A DNA stretch of 64,000 nt from an uncultured Pseudomonadota bacterium. Its GTDB lineage: Bacteria; Pseudomonadota; Alphaproteobacteria; Rs-D84. The position numbers were made by a program, and so were the translations under genes. The stretch spans positions 27,876 to 91,875 of the forward strand of contig CACZUD010000003.1 in NCBI GenBank assembly GCA_902784345.1, in the 5' to 3' direction. Positions within the stretch are counted from its first letter, which is position 1. Each line of letters opens with the position of its first letter. The notes under the pieces are model-generated. The model made no database searches, was not told the origin of the DNA, and saw only the letters and a program-made list of their open reading frames with translations. Below, one piece after another: positions 19,342 through 28,241 of the stretch.

Positions 19342-20153
19342 TGAAACTGATTTTAATGGGGACTAACGATTTTGTGGTTCCTGTATTTGAATCTTTGGCA
19401 AAACAGCACGATATTATCGCGGTTTTTACACGCGCACCAAAACCAATGGGTCGTAAACATATATTAACACCGTCGCCAGTACATACTTGGGCAGATGCGC
19501 GTGGTTTAAAGGTTTATACATCAATTAAAGAATTTAATAACGTTTCAGATAAACCAGATATGATAATCGTCTTTTCTTATGGGGTGATTTTGCGTGATGA
19601 TGTTTTGAATGCTGCACCGTGTATAAATATTCACCCAAGTTCATTGCCAAAATATCGTGGTCCATCGCCAATTAAAACCGCAATCTTGAACGGTGATAAA
19701 GATATGGATGTCTGTTTGATGAAGATGGTTGCTGAATTGGACGCTGGCGATATTTTGATGCGTGAAAACATTGAAATAGGCGAAAATGATACTAATGCGA
19801 TTATGGAAAGCAAAGTATCAAATACTGCGATTGAAATGTTGGATAAATATCTGGCAAATCCAGAAAAATATAACGCGATTCCACAGGGCGATAATGCAAT
19901 ATATACGCGCAAATTTACTGGCGCAGATGAAATCATAGATTGGAAAAATTCCGCGCAACAAATTCATAATCAAATTCGTGCGCTTGGGTGTGGGCGAACC
20001 AGAATCAATGGTATAGATGTAAAGATTTTGGAAACGCGTATTGAAAATGCGAATTTGCAAATCATCAAAATTCAACCAAGTGGAAAAAATCCAATGGATT
20101 GGAAAAGCTTTGTAAATGGTTTGCGTGGTGCAGAGATAAAATATGGAGAATAA
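19341..20153 (+). CDS. fmt: methionyl-tRNA formyltransferase
   Basis: Formyltransferase core INIHPSSLPKYRGPSPI, ELDAGDIL, C-terminal Fmt domain. It immediately follows def. Confidence 0.88.
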   Translation: MKLILMGTNDFVVPVFESLAKQHDIIAVFTRAPKPMGRKHILTPSPVHTWADARGLKVYTSIKEFNNVSDKPDMIIVFSYGVILRDDVLNAAPCINIHPSSLPKYRGPSPIKTAILNGDKDMDVCLMKMVAELDAGDILMRENIEIGENDTNAIMESKVSNTAIEMLDKYLANPEKYNAIPQGDNAIYTRKFTGADEIIDWKNSAQQIHNQIRALGCGRTRINGIDVKILETRIENANLQIIKIQPSGKNPMDWKSFVNGLRGAEIKYGE

Positions 20154-20155
20154 CA

Positions 20156-20632
20156 ATGATTTATATAGATAAAAACGACACTCTGGGCGGTATAAAAGAT
20201 CATTATACTTCTGACTATGAAGATCATAATGAATGGTGTCAATATTGTGTTCATTATTGTGAACATTGTAATAATCCATATCGGTGGTGTTCAAAAGGTT
20301 CCTTGACTGGTTCTGTTGTAAACTTTTGTGGACATTGTGATAAGTTTTCAAATAATGGAAAAATCAATCCGTTAAAACAGTGGCTTTTGGAAAAGAGTGG
20401 TTTTGAATTTAAAAACAAAGTGGTAGAAGAAATACCAGAAGAAAAAAAGAGGTGTTTTTATTGTAAACGTTTCTTTTGTACAGAATATCACTATCCACGG
20501 CACAGAATGGTATGTTCGGGTATTTTACCAAAATGGGACTGGCTTTATTTTTTAATGCGGGAAGTAAAAGCAACAGATTGTTGCAAAAAATTTGTAATGA
20601 ATAAAATTTTTAAAGAAAAAAAAGAGAGATAA
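20156..20632 (+). CDS. hypothetical Cys/His-rich (zinc-binding-like) protein
   Basis: The ATG is 2 nt after the fmt stop. CQYCVHYCEHC, FCGHC and a C2HC-like CFYCKRFFCTEYHYPRHRMVC. No family recognised. Confidence 0.55.
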   Translation: MIYIDKNDTLGGIKDHYTSDYEDHNEWCQYCVHYCEHCNNPYRWCSKGSLTGSVVNFCGHCDKFSNNGKINPLKQWLLEKSGFEFKNKVVEEIPEEKKRCFYCKRFFCTEYHYPRHRMVCSGILPKWDWLYFLMREVKATDCCKKFVMNKIFKEKKER

Positions 20633-20635
20633 AAC

Positions 20636-20845
20636 ATGCCAGAAAACAGCGATAAAAAATTTTGTGGGTTCAAGGGTGCACATGTTGTTGTATCAGAATA
20701 TAACCAAAACGGCGAATGTAAATGTTTGTCTTGCATTGGGTATTCGTGTTCCATGTGTCAGCAATATCGTGATTTGGTAGATGAATCTGTGCGTTTGGAC
20801 CAAGTAAAATTAGAACGTTGCATAAATTGTGTAAATCAAAGATAA
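20636..20845 (+). CDS. hypothetical small Cys-rich protein
   Basis: 69 aa with 9 Cys (CKCLSCIGYSCSMC, CINC). Packed 3 nt after the previous stop and 4 nt before truA. Confidence 0.5.
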   Translation: MPENSDKKFCGFKGAHVVVSEYNQNGECKCLSCIGYSCSMCQQYRDLVDESVRLDQVKLERCINCVNQR

Positions 20846-20849
20846 AATA

Positions 20850-21608
20850 ATGACACGTTATAAAGTAAATCTTGAATATGATGGAACAAATTTAATTGGC
20901 TGGCAAGAAAATCAGCAGGGTCCATCTGTGCAATCGCTGTTGCAAGATGCCATATTCAAGTTTTGCGGTGAAAAAGTAACGGTGTTTGGTGCAGGCCGCA
21001 CAGATGCAGGCGTTCACGCGATAAATATGGTTGCGCATTTTGATTTGGATAAAGAACAAAGTGCAGAAACCGTCAAAAAGGCTCTGAATTTTTATTTGGT
21101 CGAAGAACCTGTTTCTGTTTTAAATTGTGAAAAAGTTAATGATGATTTTCATGCTCGTTTTTCTTGTGTAAAAAGGCATTATAAATACGTGGTATTAAAT
21201 CGCAGTGCACCGGTGGTCTTGCAAAAAAATCGTGTTTGGTGGGTGCCACAGAAACTTGATATTGAAAAAATGAAAACTGCTGCACAGAAATTAGTTGGTA
21301 AACATGATTTTACTTCTTTCCGTTCTGTTCAGTGTCAATCTAAATCGCCAATTAAAACTTTGGATTCTTGCACAATTACACAAAACGGTGATGAAATAAT
21401 ATTTGAATTTTCGGCGCGTTCATTCTTGCATCATCAGGTAAGAAATATGGTTGGCACCTTGGTTGAAATTGGTATAGGCAAAGATTTAGATGTTGATAAA
21501 ATATTTGAAGCTAAAAACCGCAGTGCCGCCGGTGTTAATGCGCCGGCATCAGGTCTGTTTTTTGTGCGGGCGGATTATGCCACGGACGATGATTCACAAT
21601 TTCTGTGA
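20850..21608 (+). CDS. truA: tRNA pseudouridine(38-40) synthase
   Basis: YDGTNLIGWQ, catalytic GAGRTDAGVHA, FLHHQVRNMVG. Confidence 0.92.
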   Translation: MTRYKVNLEYDGTNLIGWQENQQGPSVQSLLQDAIFKFCGEKVTVFGAGRTDAGVHAINMVAHFDLDKEQSAETVKKALNFYLVEEPVSVLNCEKVNDDFHARFSCVKRHYKYVVLNRSAPVVLQKNRVWWVPQKLDIEKMKTAAQKLVGKHDFTSFRSVQCQSKSPIKTLDSCTITQNGDEIIFEFSARSFLHHQVRNMVGTLVEIGIGKDLDVDKIFEAKNRSAAGVNAPASGLFFVRADYATDDDSQFL

Positions 21609-23556
21609 TTGTTCCGTTTGGATAAATCATTAACCCGTTTTTAAGTATTTTTCCATGACAATTTGGTGCAGTTATATCGAAAGTTGACACAATATAATTA
21701 ATGCTTTTGTCTGCACAAACTTTCTCTATATTATCCAACACAGATGTAAAGTTTTGCATATATGCCAAATTCCAATTTTTTGTTTTATAAACACAAAAAC
21801 CATGGTCGCATTTATATCGTGTATTTTTGTCTGGTTGTATTTCATTGTTATACTGATACCAAGAATTGAATGCAAAATAATGGGCGGAAGCGCGTGCTTT
21901 GTTGAACTGTAATTTTCCTTTTACATTAAAAGCAACCAATTCATGGTCGTATGTCGCATAAAATAACGGTGTGTTTCGTGTTGTGCAAATTATTGCCGCC
22001 ACAGATATAAATATTGCACATAAAATATAATTTATATTTTTGATAAAGAAATTTTTGGAATCTGTTTTTTCAATTAAAATCAAAAACAAAAGCCCAAAAA
22101 TACTTAAAAGTAAAACAGTGTTTGATACATAAGGTGTGGATAAATTCGCATATGGCAAATCTGAAATATGTGTCGCGATTGTCAGTGCAAAATTATAAAC
22201 ACTGTTTGCAATATTTAAAAGGATGTGGTTGCCTAATAATGCAGTGATTGTTCCAATAATCACCAGTGGCATAATTGCAATTGAAAATATAGGTAAAAGA
22301 ACAATGTTTCCAATTAAACTGTAAATCGGAACATAGCCAAAATGCGCGATTATAAATGGCAGGGTGAATATGGTTGCAACCAAAGCCGTCATAAATAACA
22401 TAGATATATAATGAAAGATTCTTTGCAATGGTGTACGTTTAATATATTCTTTCTTGTCAAAGAACCAGAGTAATCCAAAAATAGCCGCAAAAGATAATTG
22501 AAAACCTGCATTCATAATTGAAAAAGGATTGATAAAGAATATTATTAAAAATGCCAATGCAGCGTTACGCAAAGATAAAACACCGCGCCCCAGTATTGTC
22601 GCGATGAATATTAATGTCGCCATTAAAAACGCACGCGTTGTGGCAACACTGATGCCTGATATGCACAAATAAAATATTAATCCAAACCATGCGCAAATAA
22701 TGGCGGGATATTTTGCCGGTATGCGTTTTGATAGTGGTGAAATAGTGCGAAATATTAAATAAAATAATGCGAATAACCAACCGCCAATAAGCGTCATGTG
22801 AAAACCACTAATAGACCAAACATGTCCGACGCCGACTGACTTCCAAATATTGCTTTCGTTTTCTGGGATAACTTTTTTATAACCCAAAACCAATGCATCT
22901 GTTAAAACAGAATTTGTTTTGTTGTGAATAAAGTTGCGCATAGTGCCAGATGAATCTTGGTTTATAATTTTATAATCTTTGAAAAAGCCAGTCCCCGATA
23001 TTTTTGAAAAGTAAGCCCATCGTGCAAAATCAAAAGAATCTGGTGTGTATCGCGCAGATGGGTGAAAAATACGTGCATCGCCCGTTATTGTATCGCCAAT
23101 ATTTATTATATCTTTGCTATCTTTAATAGAAACACGAATATTTAAATTTTTATCTGGTAATTTTTCATCAATTTGTTGTGCGGGGACACTTAATAAAACG
23201 CGCACAGAATCTGGTGTAAAATCTATATCTTTGACTGTTGCGTTGATTGAAATAAAATCAAAAGAATCTTTGATTTGTATTGTGTTTGTGATTTGCGTAA
23301 AAGACATTGCATAAAAGAAACCAAACGCAAACAAAGCAATCGCGCGAACAAAAATATTTTTATATTTATAAATAATTGCCGCCAATAGTAGCGATATGAT
23401 AATTGGGAAACTAAAATCTGGTTCAACATCAATTGAAAAATAAAACGAGGCACCAAAAGCAACGACAAATGGCACCCAAAGAAATACATTTTTATACTGA
23501 AGATTCAGGATTTCTTTCATATTTGGATTATAGGATTTTATTCGCTTATCCCGCAA
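21535..23556 (-). CDS. comEC: ComEC/Rec2-family DNA internalisation channel protein (no metallo-beta-lactamase domain evident)
   Basis: 673 aa, polytopic. DUF4131-like N-terminal region, then the competence domain with VGHVWSISGFHMTLIGG. Confidence 0.8.
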   Translation of the reverse strand: MRDKRIKSYNPNMKEILNLQYKNVFLWVPFVVAFGASFYFSIDVEPDFSFPIIISLLLAAIIYKYKNIFVRAIALFAFGFFYAMSFTQITNTIQIKDSFDFISINATVKDIDFTPDSVRVLLSVPAQQIDEKLPDKNLNIRVSIKDSKDIINIGDTITGDARIFHPSARYTPDSFDFARWAYFSKISGTGFFKDYKIINQDSSGTMRNFIHNKTNSVLTDALVLGYKKVIPENESNIWKSVGVGHVWSISGFHMTLIGGWLFALFYLIFRTISPLSKRIPAKYPAIICAWFGLIFYLCISGISVATTRAFLMATLIFIATILGRGVLSLRNAALAFLIIFFINPFSIMNAGFQLSFAAIFGLLWFFDKKEYIKRTPLQRIFHYISMLFMTALVATIFTLPFIIAHFGYVPIYSLIGNIVLLPIFSIAIMPLVIIGTITALLGNHILLNIANSVYNFALTIATHISDLPYANLSTPYVSNTVLLLSIFGLLFLILIEKTDSKNFFIKNINYILCAIFISVAAIICTTRNTPLFYATYDHELVAFNVKGKLQFNKARASAHYFAFNSWYQYNNEIQPDKNTRYKCDHGFCVYKTKNWNLAYMQNFTSVLDNIEKVCADKSINYIVSTFDITAPNCHGKILKNGLMIYPNGTITEIVNHRPWHNPPAQKTDLMPAH

Positions 23557-23564
23557 CCAATAAT

Positions 23565-23879
23565 TTATTTACCGAAAATAAAATCAGGATTTGAAGATAT
23601 TGAAATAATTGTGTCAACATCATCATTTTCAGCCGAGTGCTGATTTATGATTTTTCCGCATTTTTCACATTTATGCGTGATAATGAAACCATCTTTGTCT
23701 GGTTTAACAGATATTGGTCGCATCATGCCACCGCAATCAGACATTCTGTCGCCAGGGGTGTTATCAACGTGCCGCGACCAAAGACATTTTGGGCAATGGT
23801 TTGTATAACCATTACCAAAAACGTCTGCGCCACAGTGGGCGCAGGTAAAATCTTCAACACGTTTTGTGAATTTTTTCAT
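23565..23879 (-). CDS. RNHCP domain-containing zinc-ribbon protein
   Basis: FTCAHCGADV...GYTNHCPKCLWSRHVD...KCEKCG matches the RNHCP domain pattern. Confidence 0.65.
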   Translation of the reverse strand: MKKFTKRVEDFTCAHCGADVFGNGYTNHCPKCLWSRHVDNTPGDRMSDCGGMMRPISVKPDKDGFIITHKCEKCGKIINQHSAENDDVDTIISISSNPDFIFGK

Positions 23880-24128
23880 TTATAAACCCAACGCATCACG
23901 ATACATTTTTGTTAATTCGTCTGCTTCGTCCAATTCATCTGGGTCCAGTTTACGCAATCTTATCATTTGACGAATATATTTTGGGTCGTATCCTGCAGAT
24001 TTTGCTTCGCTGTAAACTTCTTTGATATCAGCAGCAACAGCTGCTGCATCTTCGTTTAATTTTTCGATTCTTTCAATAATACTGGTTAATTGGGCGTTAT
24101 CAAAAGCACCATGATTTGCGTTTTTCAT
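23880..24128 (-). CDS. gapR: GapR / DUF2312 (UPF0335) nucleoid-associated protein
   Basis: QLTSIIERIEKLNEDAAAVAADIKEVYSEAKSAGYDPKYIRQMIRLRK aligns closely with Caulobacter GapR. Confidence 0.85.
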   Translation of the reverse strand: MKNANHGAFDNAQLTSIIERIEKLNEDAAAVAADIKEVYSEAKSAGYDPKYIRQMIRLRKLDPDELDEADELTKMYRDALGL

Positions 24129-24223
24129 GACCTTCCTCTTGTTTTTTTAAGTGTTTCGTTATAAACTATATGATATATTAACAATTACAAAAATCAAATA
24201 TTTTATCAACGCAGGAGAGAGCT

Positions 24224-25594
24224 TTGACAAGATTTACAAAAATTACAGCATCCATTGGTCCAAATTGCGAAACGCGTGAAATTTTAACAGAAATGATAAA
24301 ATCTGGCGTAAATGTGTGCCGGCTTAATTTCAGCCATGATACCGGCAATGTCCAAGGTGCTAAAATAGATTTGATACGTTCTGTGGCGGACAAATTAAAT
24401 ATTCCTGTGGCGATAATGATTGATATTCAAGGTCCAAAACACAGAATAGGCGATTTTGAAACAGAAAATCACTACCCGTTAAAAATAGGTCAAAAATTCA
24501 TCCTTGATTCTGATCCGACACCGGGCAACGAACATCGTGTTTTCTTACCAGACAGGGATGTTATGAAATCGCTGAACGTTGGGGACAGAATATTATTAAA
24601 TGACGGTAAAATAGAATTAAAAGTTGACGCTGTATTTGATGATGAAATCGAAACTACTGTTGTTCGTGGCGATGAAATTTGGTCGCGTCGCGGGTTTAAT
24701 TTACCAGATACAGATGTTGATACAGAAATATTGACGACGAAAGACAGGGCTGACCTTGAATACGCAATAACTAAAAATCCGGATTTCATTGCTATATCTT
24801 TTGTACAAAGGGCGGAAGATATTGCCTTTGTGCGTGATTTCATTGCACAAAGAACATCGCACCCAATAAAAATTATAGCAAAAATAGAACGTCCAAAGGC
24901 GGTTGAAAGAATTGCTGATATCGCGATTGCTGCGGACGGTATAATGATTGCACGTGGGGATTTGGCGGTTGAATTGCCTTTTGAACAGGTTCCGGCTGTG
25001 TCGCGTAATATTATTCGTGAATGCAGAAAATTAAATCGACCGGTCATTATGGCAACACAAATGTTGTCATCAATGGTACATTCTGAATTTCCAACGCGTG
25101 CTGAAATTTCAGATGTTGCGACGGCGGCTTATTTGCGCGCTGATTCAACAATGACATCCGAAGAAACAACGATTGGTGATAATCCTGTAAATGTGATTCA
25201 AACAATGGATAAGATTTTGTCTTATTCAGACATGGATACAATTACAAATCCGTACGATTGGTCACGTCTTGATAATGTTCCTGAAAACGATTGGTCGCGT
25301 TCCGTATCTTCTATGGCATATTTGAACAAAGCTGTTGCTATCGTTGTTTTCGCAAATGATACAGAAAGCGCAACACAAATTGCATGTCGGCGCCCGGATT
25401 TGCCGATTATCGCAGTGTGTGGAAAAGATTATATCGCAAATCAATTGTCGCTGGTTCGTGGTGTGTTCCCGATATTTGATAAATATTTATTTGGCGAAAG
25501 ATTGGCATTTGAATCGGCAAATAAATTTGGTATCGGGTACGGCAAATTAGTGATTGTCGATGGCGATAAAATCAGTTTAAGAACTTTGGATTAA
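24224..25594 (+). CDS. pyk: pyruvate kinase
   Basis: TTG start after an AGGAGA RBS. TKITASIGP, NVCRLNFSH, IIAKIERP, MIARGDLAVE, MATQMLSSM. Confidence 0.92.
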   Translation: MTRFTKITASIGPNCETREILTEMIKSGVNVCRLNFSHDTGNVQGAKIDLIRSVADKLNIPVAIMIDIQGPKHRIGDFETENHYPLKIGQKFILDSDPTPGNEHRVFLPDRDVMKSLNVGDRILLNDGKIELKVDAVFDDEIETTVVRGDEIWSRRGFNLPDTDVDTEILTTKDRADLEYAITKNPDFIAISFVQRAEDIAFVRDFIAQRTSHPIKIIAKIERPKAVERIADIAIAADGIMIARGDLAVELPFEQVPAVSRNIIRECRKLNRPVIMATQMLSSMVHSEFPTRAEISDVATAAYLRADSTMTSEETTIGDNPVNVIQTMDKILSYSDMDTITNPYDWSRLDNVPENDWSRSVSSMAYLNKAVAIVVFANDTESATQIACRRPDLPIIAVCGKDYIANQLSLVRGVFPIFDKYLFGERLAFESANKFGIGYGKLVIVDGDKISLRTLD

Positions 25595-25649
25595 AAAAAC
25601 TTTTTTGTTATTGACCGGATTATAGTATTTTTACTATGATTCGGTTGTT

Positions 25650-26783
25650 ATGAAGAGAGTTTTTTCATTTTTTATATCACTTTTTATATTGTGTGGTATT
25701 GCAGATGCCGCAGATTACCGGGCTGCATTGGTCGCCGATATTGACAGCGGACGTGTTTTATATCAAGAAAAAGCAAACGAATTAAATTATCCGGCGTCTC
25801 TTACAAAAATAATGACTTTGTATTTAACTTTTGATGCGCTGGAACACAAAAGATTACACTTGGACGATTATTTGATAGTTTCGCAATATGCGGCAGATGC
25901 ACAGCCCGTGAAACTTGGTCTTGCCGCGGGCAGCAAGATTAAGGTTGAAGATGCCATAAAGGCAGTCGCAGTACATTCTGCAAACGATGTTGCGCGCGTT
26001 TTGGCTGAAAATTTAAAAGGTGGAAAAGAGGGCAGTTTTGCGAACCTTATGACACGCGTTGCAAACGAAATAGGTTTGCAACATACAAATTTTGAAAATT
26101 CTTCTGGTTTGCCAAATGATGATCATATGTCCACCGCGCGCGATATTGCGTTGTTGTCTATGGCGGTATATAAACACTTTCCGCAATATTGGAAATATTT
26201 TGGAATTAAATCGTGGACTTATGACGGAAAAACCTATACGAACGGAAATCGTTTGTTGGGCAGTTATCCTGGGTGTGATGGTATGAAGACGGGCTTTACA
26301 AACAAGTCAAAATATTCGCTGGTTGCAACAGCTGTGCGTGATGGACATCATTTGATTGCTGTTGTGCTGGGCGCAGAAAATAAAGATGTTCGGGCAAGTG
26401 TTGCGACAAAAATGTTAAATCTGGGCTTTTCAAAACTTGGTGTATCAAACGCGAATTATAATGTGCCACAGCAAACATATACCGTTGCGCCAAACAGTGC
26501 AAATCCAATTGCAAAATACGCCACAGATAAAAAGCCAGAACCAAAGATAAATGTTGCGGTATCTGCTGGTGGTGTCGGTGTTCAATTTGGTGCGTTTTCT
26601 TCTTATTCTTCTGCGCAAAACCAGGTGAAAAAGGTAAAATCTGCAACCGGATTAAATGCGGATATAGAACAAAACGAAACTGGTCTGTATCGTGTGCGTG
26701 TTAAGGGGTTGTCCGAAAGTGCAGCACAAAACGCTAAAAATTTAGCAGTTGCAAACGGCATAGATTGTTATATCTTTCATTAA
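25650..26783 (+). CDS. D-alanyl-D-alanine carboxypeptidase (S11/PBP5 family) with C-terminal SPOR domain
   Basis: Signal peptide. SxxK (ASLTKIM), SxN (HSAND), KTG (MKTGFT). The C-terminus reads VGVQFGAFSSYSSAQ...GLYRVRVKGLSESAAQNAKNLAVANGIDCYIF, a SPOR-like fold signature. Confidence 0.85.
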   Translation: MKRVFSFFISLFILCGIADAADYRAALVADIDSGRVLYQEKANELNYPASLTKIMTLYLTFDALEHKRLHLDDYLIVSQYAADAQPVKLGLAAGSKIKVEDAIKAVAVHSANDVARVLAENLKGGKEGSFANLMTRVANEIGLQHTNFENSSGLPNDDHMSTARDIALLSMAVYKHFPQYWKYFGIKSWTYDGKTYTNGNRLLGSYPGCDGMKTGFTNKSKYSLVATAVRDGHHLIAVVLGAENKDVRASVATKMLNLGFSKLGVSNANYNVPQQTYTVAPNSANPIAKYATDKKPEPKINVAVSAGGVGVQFGAFSSYSSAQNQVKKVKSATGLNADIEQNETGLYRVRVKGLSESAAQNAKNLAVANGIDCYIFH

Positions 26784-26795
26784 AGATAAATTAAG

Positions 26796-27386
26796 ATGAA
26801 TGTAAAAATAGAAAAACTTATAAAACAATTTGCTAAATTGCCACGCGTTGGAACGCGGGCTGCAACGCGTATAGTTATTGGTTTGTTGCAAGATAAAACA
26901 GGACGTGCAGAATCTTTGGCAAATGCGTTGTTAGATGCGTCAAAAACCATTCGTCCTTGTAAACAATGTGGAATATTAACAGATGGTGCGTTGTGTGAAT
27001 ATTGCCTGGACGATACGCGTAAAAACGGACAGTTGTGTATAGTGCGCGATTTATCTGATGTTTTGGTTTTGGAAAAATCAGGCGTATTTCATGGACGTTA
27101 TCATGTGTTGGGCGCAACTCTGTCTGGGGTTAATGGTGTTACACCAGAAGATTTGAATATTGCGAATATATCGTCGCGTATTAAAAATGAAGGCATCAAA
27201 GAAATAATTTTCGCACTGCCAAATACTGTCGAAGGGAAAACAACACAACAGTATATAATTTCTTCGATTGGTAATTATGAAATAGAATTTTCAGAATTGG
27301 CTTCGGGCGTTCCTTTGGGGGGCGATTTAGATTATATTGATGACGGCACGTTAACATTGGCTTTTGGGGGACGCAAAAAGTTATGA
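26796..27386 (+). CDS. recR: recombination protein RecR
   Basis: HhH LPRVGTRAATRI, C4 zinc finger CKQCG...CEYC, Toprim region. Confidence 0.92.
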   Translation: MNVKIEKLIKQFAKLPRVGTRAATRIVIGLLQDKTGRAESLANALLDASKTIRPCKQCGILTDGALCEYCLDDTRKNGQLCIVRDLSDVLVLEKSGVFHGRYHVLGATLSGVNGVTPEDLNIANISSRIKNEGIKEIIFALPNTVEGKTTQQYIISSIGNYEIEFSELASGVPLGGDLDYIDDGTLTLAFGGRKKL

Positions 27387-28216
27387 TTGATAAAATTGCA
27401 TCTTTACCACCAGTGTCTGAAATGATGCGCGAAAGCGGTTTGGAACCAAAGAAACAATTTGGTCAAAATTTTTTATTTGATTTAAATTTAACAGGGCGTA
27501 TTGCACGCAGTGTGCCAGATATAGAAAAAACAACTGTCGTTGAAGTTGGACCAGGACCAGGTGGTCTAACGCGTGCTATTTTAATGGCGGGTGCAAAAAA
27601 ATTAATTGCGATAGAGAAAGATAAAACCACACAACCGATTTTATCACAGATAGTTGATGCTGCAGATGGCAGATTTGAAGTAATATATGGTGATGCATTG
27701 AAAACAGATTTATCTAATATAGATAAAAATGGTTTCGCTGTTTGTTCTAATTTACCTTACAATGTTGGCACCGAATTATTGATTGGTTGGATGCAAAAAA
27801 TTGCAAACGGTGAAAAGATAAAATCTTTAACGCTGATGTTTCAACGCGAAGTCGCACAAAGAATAGTCGCAAATGTTTGTGATAGTCAATACGGGCGTTT
27901 GTCTGTGCTATGCAATTTAATTGCAGATACAAAAATATTGTTTGATGTTCCAAATACCGCTTTTGTACCACGTCCAAAGGTTCAATCTGCGGTTGTTCAA
28001 ATTATTCCAAATAAAAACAAGATTAAAGAAATTGGCGATATTTCAAAACTGGAAAAATTAACAGCAAAATTGTTTAGTCAGCGTCGCAAAATGATACGCG
28101 GAATTATAAAAACTGATTGGACGCAGTACGGTTTAACAGGGACAGAACGTGCAGAAGAAATTTCGCCAGAAATATTTTTAAAAATATCGCGCAATATTGA
28201 TGTAAATTTGTTATAA
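27383..28216 (+). CDS. rsmA: 16S rRNA (adenine1518/1519-N6)-dimethyltransferase
   Basis: KKQFGQNFLFD, VVEVGPGPGGLT, SNLPYNVGT. Confidence 0.92.
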   Translation: MIDKIASLPPVSEMMRESGLEPKKQFGQNFLFDLNLTGRIARSVPDIEKTTVVEVGPGPGGLTRAILMAGAKKLIAIEKDKTTQPILSQIVDAADGRFEVIYGDALKTDLSNIDKNGFAVCSNLPYNVGTELLIGWMQKIANGEKIKSLTLMFQREVAQRIVANVCDSQYGRLSVLCNLIADTKILFDVPNTAFVPRPKVQSAVVQIIPNKNKIKEIGDISKLEKLTAKLFSQRRKMIRGIIKTDWTQYGLTGTERAEEISPEIFLKISRNIDVNLL

Positions 28217-28241
28217 TAAGATAAAACGGGAGAGAGAAAAC

